Source: Clostridia bacterium (GTDB lineage: Bacteria; Bacillota; Clostridia; UBA1381; UBA9506). From it: a DNA stretch of 64,000 nucleotides. Within the stretch, counting starts at the first letter, position 1. The number at the start of each line of letters is the position of its first letter. The position numbers and the translations under genes were made by a program. Positions 26,659 through 36,402 of the stretch are shown here, in pieces. The stretch is from assembly GCA_045590535.1 (NCBI GenBank), contig JAZNRE010000005.1:8485-72484 (forward strand). The letters run 5' to 3'. The notes below the pieces were generated by a model. That model was not told where the DNA came from. It made no database searches and saw nothing but the letters and a program-made list of their open reading frames with translations.

Positions 26659-28614
26659 TCACACAATGCGCTTAAATTGCTTTTCAATAAACCCCTTAGT
26701 CATCGCCACCGTGATGGGTCGACCGTGAGGGCAGGTGTTAATGGAATCCAGCGCAAAAACACCGTCTAAAAGCGCTTTGATTTCAGCCTCTTTTAGCTGA
26801 TTGCCTGCTTTGACCGCACTTTTGCAGGCAATGGTATAAAGGGCACGCTGCTCTTTTTCGCCCCGGGCGTCTTTTCTACGGTCACCCAAGTGACCTAAAA
26901 CCTCAACAAACAGATTTTGCAGAGTCGCCTCATCCAGTGCCTCGGGCACGCTGCGAATGATAACGGTTTTATCGCCAAAAAGCTCTGCATCAAAGCCCAT
27001 GGAAAAGAGCATGTCCTGATATTCACAAAAGAGTGCCTCTTCTGCCGCTGTCAGCCGCACCGTTACAGGCAAAAGGAGCATTTGTGATTGCACCTGTTTG
27101 CCTTCAAACTGTTTTAGGAGGGCTTCATAGCGCAGGCGCTCGTGGGCGGCATGTTGGTCGACTAAAAGCATTTGATTGTCTTTTTCCACGATGATGTATG
27201 TATCAAAAACCTGACCGCAAACACGGTAGGAAATTGTTTTTTCCACAGTTGGTGCTGCAGGCGTTTCTTCTTTTATTGCCATAGTCTCTTCCGCTTTTTG
27301 CACCGTGGGCGCCGGTTCTTTTTCAAAAGAAGGGGCCGGCACTTCTTTTGGCGGTGCCATCTCGGTTCCTGCCTCTATATTAAGCTGCGAAGGTTCTTGC
27401 CTTGTCGGTTCGGCTTTTTCTGTAACCTTCGGCGTTTCCGTCTTTTGAGACTGGGTTAGACCCTGCCAAACAAAGGGGGCTTCCTTTTTCACATAGGCCA
27501 CCGCCGCCTCTTGCATAACAGGTTTTTGAGCAACGGTTTTTGTTGGCTGCACCACTTGTTTGGGTACAGTTTTCATGGTTTCTTCCTTTTCAATTTCGGC
27601 TTTTAAAGTCACAGCCGGTATTTCATTTTTTTGATAAAGGGCGTTTTTAGCCGCCCAGTAAACGCAGTGATACACCGCTTTTTCGTCAGCAAATTTGGCC
27701 TCAAGCTTGGTGGGGTGTACATTGATATCCACCATGGCTGGCGGCAGTGTTAAAAGCAAAACGCAGGCAGGAAACTTGCCGCCCATAACCTCGTTTTTAT
27801 ATGCCTCTTCAACGGCGCGGGCCATTAGAGGACTTTTGATGTATCGACCGTTTACAAAAAAGTTTTGCATGCTGCGGTTGGGTCTTGCTCCGGCGCCGGT
27901 TGCACAAAAACCGCTGACGGCTATGCCCCCTTCTTCATAATCAGCCGGGCGCATGGTGTTTTTTAAATCCTTGCCATAAACAGCAAAAATGCAGCCCAAA
28001 AGATCAGAATCTCCGGCTGTAAACAAAGTTTCTTTGCCATCAACAAGCAGACGGAAAGATACATCGGCACGGGCCAACGCCAAACGGTTTACAATGTCAC
28101 TTATGTAGCCTGCCTCGGTGTAGTTCTTCTTTAAAAACTTCATGCGGGCAGGGGTTGTCATGAACAAATCCCGCACCACAACGGTGGTACCCACAGGACA
28201 GCCTGCCTCGGAGCATTCTGTAATTTCACCGTTTTCCGAAATGAGATGTGTGCCTGTTTCTTCACCGGCTGTGCGGGTGTAAATCTCCATTTTGCTCACA
28301 GCACCAATGCTGGATAAAGCCTCACCACGAAAGCCAAGGGTCATAATGGCTTCTAAATCACTTGATGTTGCAATTTTGCTGGTTGCATGACGCAGCATAG
28401 CCACAGGAACATCCTCCCGGGACATGCCGCAGCCGTTATCAGTTACACGAATGTAGGTAATGCCACCATTTTTAATTTCCGTCACAATGTTGGTGGCGCC
28501 GGCATCCAATGCATTTTCAAGCAATTCCTTCACAACAGAAGCGGGGCGTTCAACAACCTCGCCCGCCGCAATCTGATTGGAAACAGATTTATCTAAAACC
28601 TGAATTTTTCCCAT
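26659..28614 (-). CDS. mutL: DNA mismatch repair protein MutL (endonuclease-type)
   Basis: GHKL ATPase N-terminus (IAAGEVVERPASVVKELLENALDAG), a P/E/K/T-rich linker, and the C-terminal DQHAAHERLRYE endonuclease motif. Confidence 0.95.
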   Translation of the reverse strand: MGKIQVLDKSVSNQIAAGEVVERPASVVKELLENALDAGATNIVTEIKNGGITYIRVTDNGCGMSREDVPVAMLRHATSKIATSSDLEAIMTLGFRGEALSSIGAVSKMEIYTRTAGEETGTHLISENGEITECSEAGCPVGTTVVVRDLFMTTPARMKFLKKNYTEAGYISDIVNRLALARADVSFRLLVDGKETLFTAGDSDLLGCIFAVYGKDLKNTMRPADYEEGGIAVSGFCATGAGARPNRSMQNFFVNGRYIKSPLMARAVEEAYKNEVMGGKFPACVLLLTLPPAMVDINVHPTKLEAKFADEKAVYHCVYWAAKNALYQKNEIPAVTLKAEIEKEETMKTVPKQVVQPTKTVAQKPVMQEAAVAYVKKEAPFVWQGLTQSQKTETPKVTEKAEPTRQEPSQLNIEAGTEMAPPKEVPAPSFEKEPAPTVQKAEETMAIKEETPAAPTVEKTISYRVCGQVFDTYIIVEKDNQMLLVDQHAAHERLRYEALLKQFEGKQVQSQMLLLPVTVRLTAAEEALFCEYQDMLFSMGFDAELFGDKTVIIRSVPEALDEATLQNLFVEVLGHLGDRRKDARGEKEQRALYTIACKSAVKAGNQLKEAEIKALLDGVFALDSINTCPHGRPITVAMTKGFIEKQFKRIV

Positions 28615-28651
28615 AGCTCTTCCCTCACTTCGCTTTACACTTTAGTAATTT

Positions 28652-29686
28652 TTAAAACAGAAGCTTAATCACATCCATATAAGCAATCACAACAGAAAGC
28701 AACAACAGTAAAACCAAACCAATCACATGCACCAATCCCTCTTTTTCCGGTGGAATGGGCTTTCTTCGAATGATTTCAATAAGCACAAAAAAGATGCGGC
28801 CGCCATCTAAGGCCGGAACAGGCAACAAATTGAAAACGCCCAAATTGATGGTTAATAAGACCGTTAGCTGCAACAAATTTAAAAAGCCCAGCCAACCTCT
28901 TTCAGCTGTTTGTTGAACAGCTGTGCCGATTTCAGACACAATGCCGATGGGACCGGACATTTGGTTAAAGCTCACCTCACCCTGCAGCAAATCGATAAAG
29001 GTTTCAACCACCACGCCGGCATAAAAACAAGTGTTATAAAAGCCGGTTTTCATGGTAAGCCACAAACTGTTTGGCTGTTGTGTAATGCGAATGCCCAAAT
29101 TTAAAGCACCGTCCACAATTTGAGGCGTTATGGTTTTGTGTTCTTTTTGACCATTCCGCAAAACGACAATCTCGGTTGGCTCTTCTGTGAGCTTGGACTT
29201 TGCCCAGGATAAATCTTCCACAATATGAACTCTACGACCGCCTAAGTGGATAATTTCATCACCGGCTAAAAGTCCGGCTTCTTCTGCAGCGCTGCCGCCT
29301 TCTACAAATGCAACTTGTGGCACTGCTACTGTGTCTACGGAGCCATAAATGCATAGCAGGAGCACAAAGCCCAGCAAAAGATTCATAAAAGAGCCGGCAA
29401 CCAAAACAATCAGCTTTGCCCAGGCAGGCTTGTTAGACAGCGCCCGCGCATCCTCTGAAGATTCATTTTCGCCCTCCAGAGCACAAAAGCCGCCAATGGG
29501 AAGAGCACGAACAGAATAAAGGGTTTCCCCTTTTTGACGCTTCCACAGTTTAGGTCCCATACCAATGGCAAATTCGTGGACACGAATGCCCAAAAGCTTT
29601 GCTGAGATAAAATGCCCCAGTTCATGAACAAAAATCAAAATGCAGAAAATCAGCACTGCTGCCAAGGCAGTCCATAATCCCGTCAT
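28652..29686 (-). CDS. rseP: RIP site-2 metalloprotease RseP/RasP
   Basis: HELGHF zinc motif in TM1, a central PDZ domain, and NLLPVPALDGG. Confidence 0.9.
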   Translation of the reverse strand: MTGLWTALAAVLIFCILIFVHELGHFISAKLLGIRVHEFAIGMGPKLWKRQKGETLYSVRALPIGGFCALEGENESSEDARALSNKPAWAKLIVLVAGSFMNLLLGFVLLLCIYGSVDTVAVPQVAFVEGGSAAEEAGLLAGDEIIHLGGRRVHIVEDLSWAKSKLTEEPTEIVVLRNGQKEHKTITPQIVDGALNLGIRITQQPNSLWLTMKTGFYNTCFYAGVVVETFIDLLQGEVSFNQMSGPIGIVSEIGTAVQQTAERGWLGFLNLLQLTVLLTINLGVFNLLPVPALDGGRIFFVLIEIIRRKPIPPEKEGLVHVIGLVLLLLLSVVIAYMDVIKLLF

Positions 29687-29763
29687 AATGCCATAGCCTT
29701 TCTGCCCATAGTTTCTAGTCTCAAAACCATTTGCCCACGGGCAAACAAACGGCTGGCAGATGG

Positions 29764-30921
29764 CTAGCGCACCCGTGAATAAACCTGTTCACGAGCCCAA
29801 CTGTCTGCCTCAAGAATATCCTCAAGTGTCGGATTTTGAATCACCTTGTGGTTATCCATAACCCCTTTTAAAACTTCGGCAATTTCCAAAAATCCTATTT
29901 TCTTATGTAAAAACAGCGAAACCGCTGCTTCATTTGCACCGTTTAACACACACGGCATAGTATGCCCAGCCTTTGCCGCCTCATACGCTAAGCTAAGACA
30001 CCGAAAGGTTTCAACATCCGGTTTTTCAAAGGTGAGCTGACCCACTTGCGCTAAATCCAGCGCATTATCGGTCATTACCTGGCGCTGGGGATAAGTCAAA
30101 GCATACTGAATGGGCAGCTTCATATCGGGCACGCCCATTTGTGCAAGCACAGCACCGTCTGTCAATTCAATCATAGAATGAATGATGCTTTGGCGGTGAA
30201 CCAACACATCAATTTTATCCACAGAAACACAAAAAAGCTGTGCGGCTTCTAAAACCTCCAGCCCTTTATTCATCAGTGTTGCCGAATCAATTGTAATTTT
30301 TGCGCCCATGTCCCAGTTGGGATGCTTAAGGGCTGCTTCGGGGGTAATCTCTGTCAAATCGTTTGTAGTTTTGCCCGCAAAAGGCCCGCCCGACGCCGTT
30401 AAAATAAGGCGATTCACTTCTTTGGCACGCCGCTCTTCTTTCACAGCCTCAAGGCATTGAAAAATTGCGCTGTGTTCACTGTCAACGGGAATCAGTTCGC
30501 CGCCGGATTTTTTGAGTTCCCGACGGACAATATCACCTGCCGCCACCATGGTTTCTTTGTTGGCAAGAGCCAGTCGTTTGCCGGCGCAAAGAGCCGCCAA
30601 AGAAGGCTTTAACCCGGCAAGACCCACAATGGCGCCCACAACGATTTCCGATTCCGGTGCGGCTGCTAATGCCTCCATGGATTCGGTTCCGTGCAGCACC
30701 TTGGTCTTTGTATCGCTGACTTTCACACGAAGTGCCCTGGCCGCTTCTTCATCTGCCACGCAGGCAACTGCAGGGTGAAATTCACGAATCTGTTTTTCTA
30801 AAAGTTCAATGTTACGACCGGCAGCAAGACCCACAACGGTCACATCCCCGCGGCTTCTGACAATGTCAAGGGTTTGGGTGCCGATAGAGCCTGTTGAACC
30901 CAATATTGTTATTTTCATCAT
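29764..30921 (-). CDS. dxr: 1-deoxy-D-xylulose-5-phosphate reductoisomerase
   Basis: ILGSTGSIGTQTLD, LANKE, DSEHSA and NKGLE. The ATG overlaps the cdsA stop (AAATGATGA). Confidence 0.95.
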   Translation of the reverse strand: MMKITILGSTGSIGTQTLDIVRSRGDVTVVGLAAGRNIELLEKQIREFHPAVACVADEEAARALRVKVSDTKTKVLHGTESMEALAAAPESEIVVGAIVGLAGLKPSLAALCAGKRLALANKETMVAAGDIVRRELKKSGGELIPVDSEHSAIFQCLEAVKEERRAKEVNRLILTASGGPFAGKTTNDLTEITPEAALKHPNWDMGAKITIDSATLMNKGLEVLEAAQLFCVSVDKIDVLVHRQSIIHSMIELTDGAVLAQMGVPDMKLPIQYALTYPQRQVMTDNALDLAQVGQLTFEKPDVETFRCLSLAYEAAKAGHTMPCVLNGANEAAVSLFLHKKIGFLEIAEVLKGVMDNHKVIQNPTLEDILEADSWAREQVYSRVR

Positions 30922-31745
30922 TTGCAAATAACCTCAAACATCAGTAAAAAGTAGTAAACAACCGGTGCAATGAAAACCAAACTGTCGATGCGGTCTAAAA
31001 TGCCGCCGTGACCGGGAATTAAATTGCCAAAATCCTTAATATCACAGGCACGCTTAATCACCGAGGCAGATAAATCACCAAACTGTGCAACAACGCCACA
31101 GAGCAGCGCCAAGCCCATTAAGGCAAGATAGTTAACGGTAAATTGAAAACCGAAAGAAAGAATCAGACCATAGAGAAGAAAGGTCACAACGGGTCCCACC
31201 ACGCCTCCAATGGCGCCCTCTACCGTTTTGTTGGGACTCACACCGGGAATAAGCTTATGCTTGCCAAACATCCGCCCTGCAAAATAGGCAAAAGTGTCAG
31301 GCATCCATGCCCCCAAAAAGGGAATAAACAAAAGAGCAATGCCGTGGTCCATCTGTCTTATGTAAGTTAAATGCATGGGAAACAGCACCGCATAAATCAC
31401 AGAAAAGAAGGATGAAACAACATCCGAAAAACTGATCTTTTCGTGACAGATAACGGAAATCATCATCAGCACCATTAGTTGAAGTACCAACAAGGTGGGC
31501 ACAAACCCCTGCCACCCCTCCGGCCATAAAACCGGAAGAGCAAGATGCACAATGGCAAAGATGTAACCCGGCAGGGCCACTTGCCATTTTTTATGCTGAC
31601 CAAAGGTGGTTTGCAGCTCATAGAGCATAATCAGGCAGGCTGCCGCCACAACAAGGTGAAAAATCCAGGCTTTAGAAAAAATCATAGCAATAACAAAAAC
31701 GGCACCAATCAAGGCACTGATAATGCGAATTTTATGTTTAGACAT
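30918..31745 (-). CDS. cdsA: Phosphatidate cytidylyltransferase
   Basis: Polytopic, with the C-terminal signature SVIKRACDIKDFGNLIPGHGGILDRIDS. The ATG lies 6 nt after GGGGGAG. Confidence 0.9.
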   Translation of the reverse strand: MSKHKIRIISALIGAVFVIAMIFSKAWIFHLVVAAACLIMLYELQTTFGQHKKWQVALPGYIFAIVHLALPVLWPEGWQGFVPTLLVLQLMVLMMISVICHEKISFSDVVSSFFSVIYAVLFPMHLTYIRQMDHGIALLFIPFLGAWMPDTFAYFAGRMFGKHKLIPGVSPNKTVEGAIGGVVGPVVTFLLYGLILSFGFQFTVNYLALMGLALLCGVVAQFGDLSASVIKRACDIKDFGNLIPGHGGILDRIDSLVFIAPVVYYFLLMFEVICK

Positions 31746-31791
31746 CTCTGTCTCCCCCTTCAAAAAAAGAACGCATATGGTCGACCACCGA

Positions 31792-32544
31792 CTATCCGCC
31801 GAACCTTCGGTTCCGGTTTTGATAATCTAAAATAGCTTGCGTGAAATCTTTAGTGGAAAAATCGGGCCAGCAAATGTCAGAAAACCAAAATTCGCTATAG
31901 GCCGATTGCCACAAAAGAAAATTCGACAGCCGCAGCTCGCCGCTGGGACGGATAATCAAATCCACATCGGGAACATCGTCTGTGTAAACCCTCTCTGAAA
32001 TCATTTGCTCACTAACCTGACCGGGATTTAATTTGCCGTCACAAACCTCTTGGCAGAGCTGATTGACCGCACGGACAATTTCCTGACGACCGCCATAATT
32101 GATGGCAAGATAGAGCACCATGCCGTCTCTATCCTTGGTGTAATCCTCAATCACATCAATCTCACGGTTAATCTCATCGGAAAGAGCGCTGCGATCACCA
32201 ATAACACGAATGGTCACATTCTTACCAGCCAGCTGGTTTTTATCCCGCAGATAGTCTAAAAGAAGCTGCATGAGCGCATCAACCTCTTCTTTGGGACGCT
32301 TCCAGTTTTCTGTGCTGAAAGCATAGGCCGTAATGTAACGAATGCCCATTTCGCCGGCAAATTCGGTGATGGTTTTTAAATTTTGCGCACCGGCTTTGTG
32401 ACCGGCGCTGCGAGGCAAGCCACGCTTTTGCGCCCAACGGCCGTTGCCGTCCATAATAATGCCCACATGCTTGGGTAAATTATTCGGGTCAATTTCACCA
32501 AGAGCCTTTGAGCGCAGGCGCCGTTTTTTAAAATCCATAAACAT
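31792..32544 (-). CDS. uppS: Isoprenyl transferase (undecaprenyl diphosphate synthase)
   Basis: HVGIIMDGNGRWA...FSTENWKRP...RPSGELRLSNFLLWQ. Confidence 0.95.
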   Translation of the reverse strand: MFMDFKKRRLRSKALGEIDPNNLPKHVGIIMDGNGRWAQKRGLPRSAGHKAGAQNLKTITEFAGEMGIRYITAYAFSTENWKRPKEEVDALMQLLLDYLRDKNQLAGKNVTIRVIGDRSALSDEINREIDVIEDYTKDRDGMVLYLAINYGGRQEIVRAVNQLCQEVCDGKLNPGQVSEQMISERVYTDDVPDVDLIIRPSGELRLSNFLLWQSAYSEFWFSDICWPDFSTKDFTQAILDYQNRNRRFGG

Positions 32545-32586
32545 ATGTTTCCCCTTGCCGATTCTTCAGGCGTTGCCAAAGAATCA

Positions 32587-33132
32587 TCAGATTTCCATAA
32601 TTTCCTTTTCTTTTTTGGCGGAAATAGTGTCAATATCTTTAATGAACTGATCGGTGAGCTTTTGAATGTCAGTTTCAGCACCCTTTAAGTCATCTTCTGT
32701 AATTTCGCCTTTTTTCTTTTGTGCCTTAAAGCTTTCTAAAGCGTCACGGCGAATATTACGAATGACAACCTTTGCTTCTTCTGCACGCTTGGAAATGCCT
32801 TTAACCAATTCCTTACGACGATCCTCTGTCAAAGCCGGGAAATTGATGCGGATAACCTTGCCGTCATTATTGGGTGTTAAACCCAAATCCGATTTTAAAA
32901 TTGCCTTTTCGATGGCGCCCAAAAGGGAAGCATCCCAGGGCTGAATCACCAGCATGCGTGCCTCGGGTACAGAAACAGTGCCAACCTGGGGAACGGGTGT
33001 GGGTGTGCCATAATAATCCACCGTCACTTTATCAAGAAGGGCAGGATTGGCGCGTCCGGCACGAATGGCCGCATAATCATTTTCTAAAGAGGCAATTGCC
33101 TTGTTCATTTTTGCTTTAACATCTTCATACAT
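32587..33132 (-). CDS. frr: Ribosome recycling factor
   Basis: 181 aa: [11 protein letters not shown]...YGTPTP...IRNIRRD. Confidence 0.95.
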   Translation of the reverse strand: MYEDVKAKMNKAIASLENDYAAIRAGRANPALLDKVTVDYYGTPTPVPQVGTVSVPEARMLVIQPWDASLLGAIEKAILKSDLGLTPNNDGKVIRINFPALTEDRRKELVKGISKRAEEAKVVIRNIRRDALESFKAQKKKGEITEDDLKGAETDIQKLTDQFIKDIDTISAKKEKEIMEI

Positions 33133-33194
33133 TTTTAAATCCGTCCTTTCGTTTTGTAACTTGTTGTTGTGCTAAACACAAGCAATGATTTATT

Positions 33195-33905
33195 TTAATC
33201 GTTGGAAACAATGGTGCCGATTTGCTCACCCTCCAACACACGAACAATGTTATGGGGGTCATCCAAACCGAAGACCAAAATGGGAATGTTGTTATCCATA
33301 CAAAGGGAGGTTGCCGTAGAATCCATGACGCCCAAACCACGATTTAACACATCTATGTAGCTTAAGCTGTCAAAGCGTTTTGCATTGGGATTTTTAGCCG
33401 GGTCGCTGTCGTAAACGCCATCCACCTTTTTAGCCAGAAAAATGGCCTCTGCCTCAATCTCAGCTGCACGAAGCGCTGCTGCTGTATCGGTGGAAAAGAA
33501 GGGGTTACCTGTGCCGCAACCAAAAACCACAACACGACCTTTTTCCATGTGACGAATGGCCTTGCCACGAATGTAAGGCTCTGCAATTTGGCGCATTTCA
33601 ATAGCGGTTTGCACCCGGGTGGGAACGCCGGCTGCCTCTAGCGCACTTTGCATAGCCAGTGAGTTAATAACCGTTGCCAGCATGCCCATGTGGTCGGCAC
33701 GGGTTCTGTCCATATCGCCGCCGGAGCGACCTCGCCAGAAGTTGCCGCCACCAACAACAATAGCCATTTCAACACCGGCTTCATTACATTCTTTCACAAC
33801 GGCTGCAATGCGGGCTAAAGTTTCAAAATCAAGACCGGTACCCTTGGCACCTGCCAATGCTTCACCGCTAACTTTGAGCAAAATTCTTTTGTATCGTTTT
33901 GTCAT
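33195..33905 (-). CDS. pyrH: UMP kinase
   Basis: [13 protein letters not shown]...[10 protein letters not shown]...[17 protein letters not shown]. Confidence 0.95.
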   Translation of the reverse strand: MTKRYKRILLKVSGEALAGAKGTGLDFETLARIAAVVKECNEAGVEMAIVVGGGNFWRGRSGGDMDRTRADHMGMLATVINSLAMQSALEAAGVPTRVQTAIEMRQIAEPYIRGKAIRHMEKGRVVVFGCGTGNPFFSTDTAAALRAAEIEAEAIFLAKKVDGVYDSDPAKNPNAKRFDSLSYIDVLNRGLGVMDSTATSLCMDNNIPILVFGLDDPHNIVRVLEGEQIGTIVSND

Positions 33906-33943
33906 AGGAACCTCCCATTATTCTTTTTATTCTTATCATATTT

Positions 33944-33972
33944 ATTATATATCCTTTTACGGCAATATTCAA
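33944..33972 (-). promoter_or_regulatory. Sigma-A type promoter of pyrH (TTGAAT-N17-TATAAT)
   Basis: The reverse complement reads TTGAAT attgccgtaaaaggata TATAAT, about 38 nt upstream of the ATG. Confidence 0.55.
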
Positions 33973-33991
33973 GTGTTATCCTAAAAAAATA

Positions 33992-34028
33992 ATGAAAAGG
34001 CGGCAAAAATAAGTGCGCCGCCTTTTCA
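33992..34028. terminator. Bidirectional hairpin terminator
   Basis: ATGAAAAGGCGGC-N12-GCCGCCTTTTCAT. Confidence 0.6.
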
Positions 34029-34040
34029 TTAGCCAACAGG

Positions 34041-34148
34041 TTATTAACATTATCAACAGGCTTGTTAACATTTTTTATGAACAAATTCCCGTTAAATCGG
34101 CTGTTTTATAACAGTTTTGTTGATAAAAAGTGCAAAAACTGTTGATAA
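34041..34148. repeat. Cluster of TTATCAACA (DnaA-box-like) 9-mers in both orientations
   Basis: TTATCAACA occurs at 34050-34058. Its reverse complement TGTTGATAA occurs at 34118-34126 and 34140-34148. Variants are TTATTAACA (34041-34049) and TTGTTAACA (34062-34070). The palindrome CTGTTTTATAACAG lies at 34101-34114. Confidence 0.4.
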
Positions 34149-34248
34149 CTTCAAAAAAATCACACTTTTTCAACAAGCACCGCAATCGCCTGTAAAGCAT
34201 TTTTCCTTTACAGCTTTTTTCATCGGTCTGCTTCATAACTTTACAGTA

Positions 34249-34698
34249 TCATTTTTTGAAAACCCAAAGTCGGTTTCCTAAAAAGTTAATGGCCGAAGAA
34301 AAGGGGAAAGCAAGCACTTTACAAGCCAAAACAGCACTCTCGCCACGGAGGGCAAAAGCAATGTGAAGCCGATGCAAAGCAGCATTGATGACCTCATATA
34401 AATGCCAGGCATCATAAAACAGGTTAAGACACAAAAGAGTTGTTAAAAGAGAAAGAAAATTGACCACAATAAATTTCCAAATCTCCTTTGTGCGAATCAT
34501 ACCCGTTTGCCCAAAGGTCCAATAGCGGTTTAAAAGATAACTGTTTGCCATGGCAAAGGATGTGGCTAAAATCTGGGCTATGTTTTTATCCCAGTTGCAA
34601 ACAGAGAAGAAAAGAAAGAACAAAAGATAATCCAAAACCGTATTGATCACACCGGCAATCGAAAATTTTACAAATTGTAACACATCATTTTTCTTCAT
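34249..34698 (-). CDS. GtrA family membrane protein (polyprenol-linked sugar flippase-like)
   Basis: Four TM helices. FVKFSIAGVINTVLDY and LNRYWTF are typical of GtrA. The start was set at MKKNDVL, overlapping the upstream GT2 stop. Confidence 0.8.
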   Translation of the reverse strand: MKKNDVLQFVKFSIAGVINTVLDYLLFFLFFSVCNWDKNIAQILATSFAMANSYLLNRYWTFGQTGMIRTKEIWKFIVVNFLSLLTTLLCLNLFYDAWHLYEVINAALHRLHIAFALRGESAVLACKVLAFPFSSAINFLGNRLWVFKK

Positions 34699-35638
34699 AA
34701 TCAAAACCCTTTTTCTCTCGAATAATATATAAAGGTCGGTTTTTTGTTTCGTCATAAATCCGACCGATATATTCGCCCAAAACACCAAGCATAATGAAAA
34801 TCACACCGTTAAAAAACAGCGAAACAGCGAAAGCCAAAGACCAGCCTGTCACAACTTTTTCTGTAAACAGTTTTAAGCCGAGAGCCACCAGCAGGTAGAT
34901 TAAACTCAACACCGAAATGGTGCTGCCAATATAGCTGCTGATTTTCAGTGGTTTGTGCGAAAAGGCTGTTATGCCATCAAGAGCAAAGCGGAGCATTTTC
35001 TTTAAAGGATATTTGGTTTTGCCTGCAAAACGCTCTTTACGATGAAAATAAACAGCCGTTTGGCGAAAGCCCGCCCAACTGATAAGCCCCCGCACATAAC
35101 GGTTCTTTTCCTTAAAAGAAGAGAGCGCATCGCAAACCTTTCGATCAATCAAGCGGAAATCCCCTGCATCCACCGGCATGTCAACGCTTGTCAGGCGCCG
35201 CATAAGCTGATAATACCATTTGGCCGAAAGCTTTTTAAAAAAGGTTTCGCCCTCTCTTGAAAGGCGCTGGCCATACACCACATCATAGCCTTCCTTCCAC
35301 TTCTCTATCATTTCTAAAATGACTTGAGGTGGATCTTGCAGGTCAGCATCAATCACCACAATTGCCTGTCCTGTTGATGCCTCCATGCCGGCAGTAATGG
35401 CAATTTGGTGCCCAAAATTGCGGGAAAAGCTGATGAGGCGCACCCTGGGGTCACGGTCACATAAATCGCTGACCATTGCCTCGGTTTTATCACGACTGCC
35501 GTCATTGACAAACAGGAGTTCATACGGCTCACTCGTTGTATCCATTGTCGCTTTTATTCGCTTGTAACATTCTTCAATAACCAGTTCTTCATTATAAACC
35601 GGAATGACGATTGAATATCGAGCCACCATTTTTAACAC
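34685..35638 (-). CDS. Polyprenol-phosphate family-2 glycosyltransferase (GtrB/CsbB/ArnC-like)
   Basis: YSIVIPVYNEE, FVNDGSRD, VIDADLQDPP, and two C-terminal TM helices. Confidence 0.85.
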   Translation of the reverse strand: MLKMVARYSIVIPVYNEELVIEECYKRIKATMDTTSEPYELLFVNDGSRDKTEAMVSDLCDRDPRVRLISFSRNFGHQIAITAGMEASTGQAIVVIDADLQDPPQVILEMIEKWKEGYDVVYGQRLSREGETFFKKLSAKWYYQLMRRLTSVDMPVDAGDFRLIDRKVCDALSSFKEKNRYVRGLISWAGFRQTAVYFHRKERFAGKTKYPLKKMLRFALDGITAFSHKPLKISSYIGSTISVLSLIYLLVALGLKLFTEKVVTGWSLAFAVSLFFNGVIFIMLGVLGEYIGRIYDETKNRPLYIIREKKGFDYEEK

Positions 35639-35696
35639 CTCCCAAAAAAGCAGGCATGCACCACACCTTTTAACCGTTTAAACCTGTATGTATTGT

Positions 35697-36337
35697 CTAT
35701 TCTATTTTCAGCAGCTCTTTGGCTATGACATCTGCCATAATGCTTTGACCTTTGTCGTTTGGATGAAGTCCATCCGGCACAAGCTCCGGATCATGCGGGT
35801 CAAGAGGATTGATTTTAAACAAATCAATGACAGGGATGTTATGCTTTTTGCAAACGGCACAAATCGCCTCAACATAGTCTTTTAAAACTTTTGAATCGGG
35901 GTTTGAAGGCTCATTTTCTGTCACTCTGTGTATGGGCGTCATAAACACGATTTTTGCCTTAGGAAAATCACTCTTTAATTTTTTAATAAGCGAATTAACA
36001 GCGCCACAGAATGTGTACACATCTTCGCTGTCCTCTGTTCCAAAGGGAGCATCGCCATGACCAAAATCATTTGTTCCGCCAAAAACCACAACGGCATCGG
36101 CATTTTTATCCATAATATCTGCACGAAGCTCAAATGTCAAATCACATATCGTCATGTCTTTTGTGGGTACAATCTGCCGAGCGATTCTCGTACCGCCCAC
36201 GCCATAATTATAGGCATGTTTCATGCCGTATTGTTCTTTAATAATTTGATGATACACTTTTTCTGGCGCTGTTGTGCCACAGCCTTCTGTAATGCTGTCG
36301 CCTAAAAAGTTCATCGTTAAGCCTTTTAATTCCATAA
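35697..36337 (-). CDS. SGNH/GDSL family hydrolase
   Basis: FLGDSITEG (block I), GGTND (block III) and DGLHPN (block V). The ATG lies 8 nt after AAAGGAG. The longer track ORF overlaps the upstream gene. Confidence 0.8.
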
Positions 36338-36402
36338 CCAATGCTCCTTTATAATAATTTCCATTGTTCGTTTTTGCATCAAAACATAGCCACTTTCGTT
36401 GT

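Noticed and set aside
26659-28614. mutL without an upstream mutS, and sigE without a downstream sigG.
   Set aside because: Both arrangements vary among Clostridia, and both genes look intact. I judged this to be ordinary synteny variation rather than a finding.
34041-34148. Calling the DnaA-box-like cluster the chromosomal origin (oriC).
   Set aside because: There is no dnaA/dnaN, no obvious AT-rich unwinding element with repeated 13-mers, and gene orientation does not diverge cleanly here. It is kept only as a motif cluster of unknown role.
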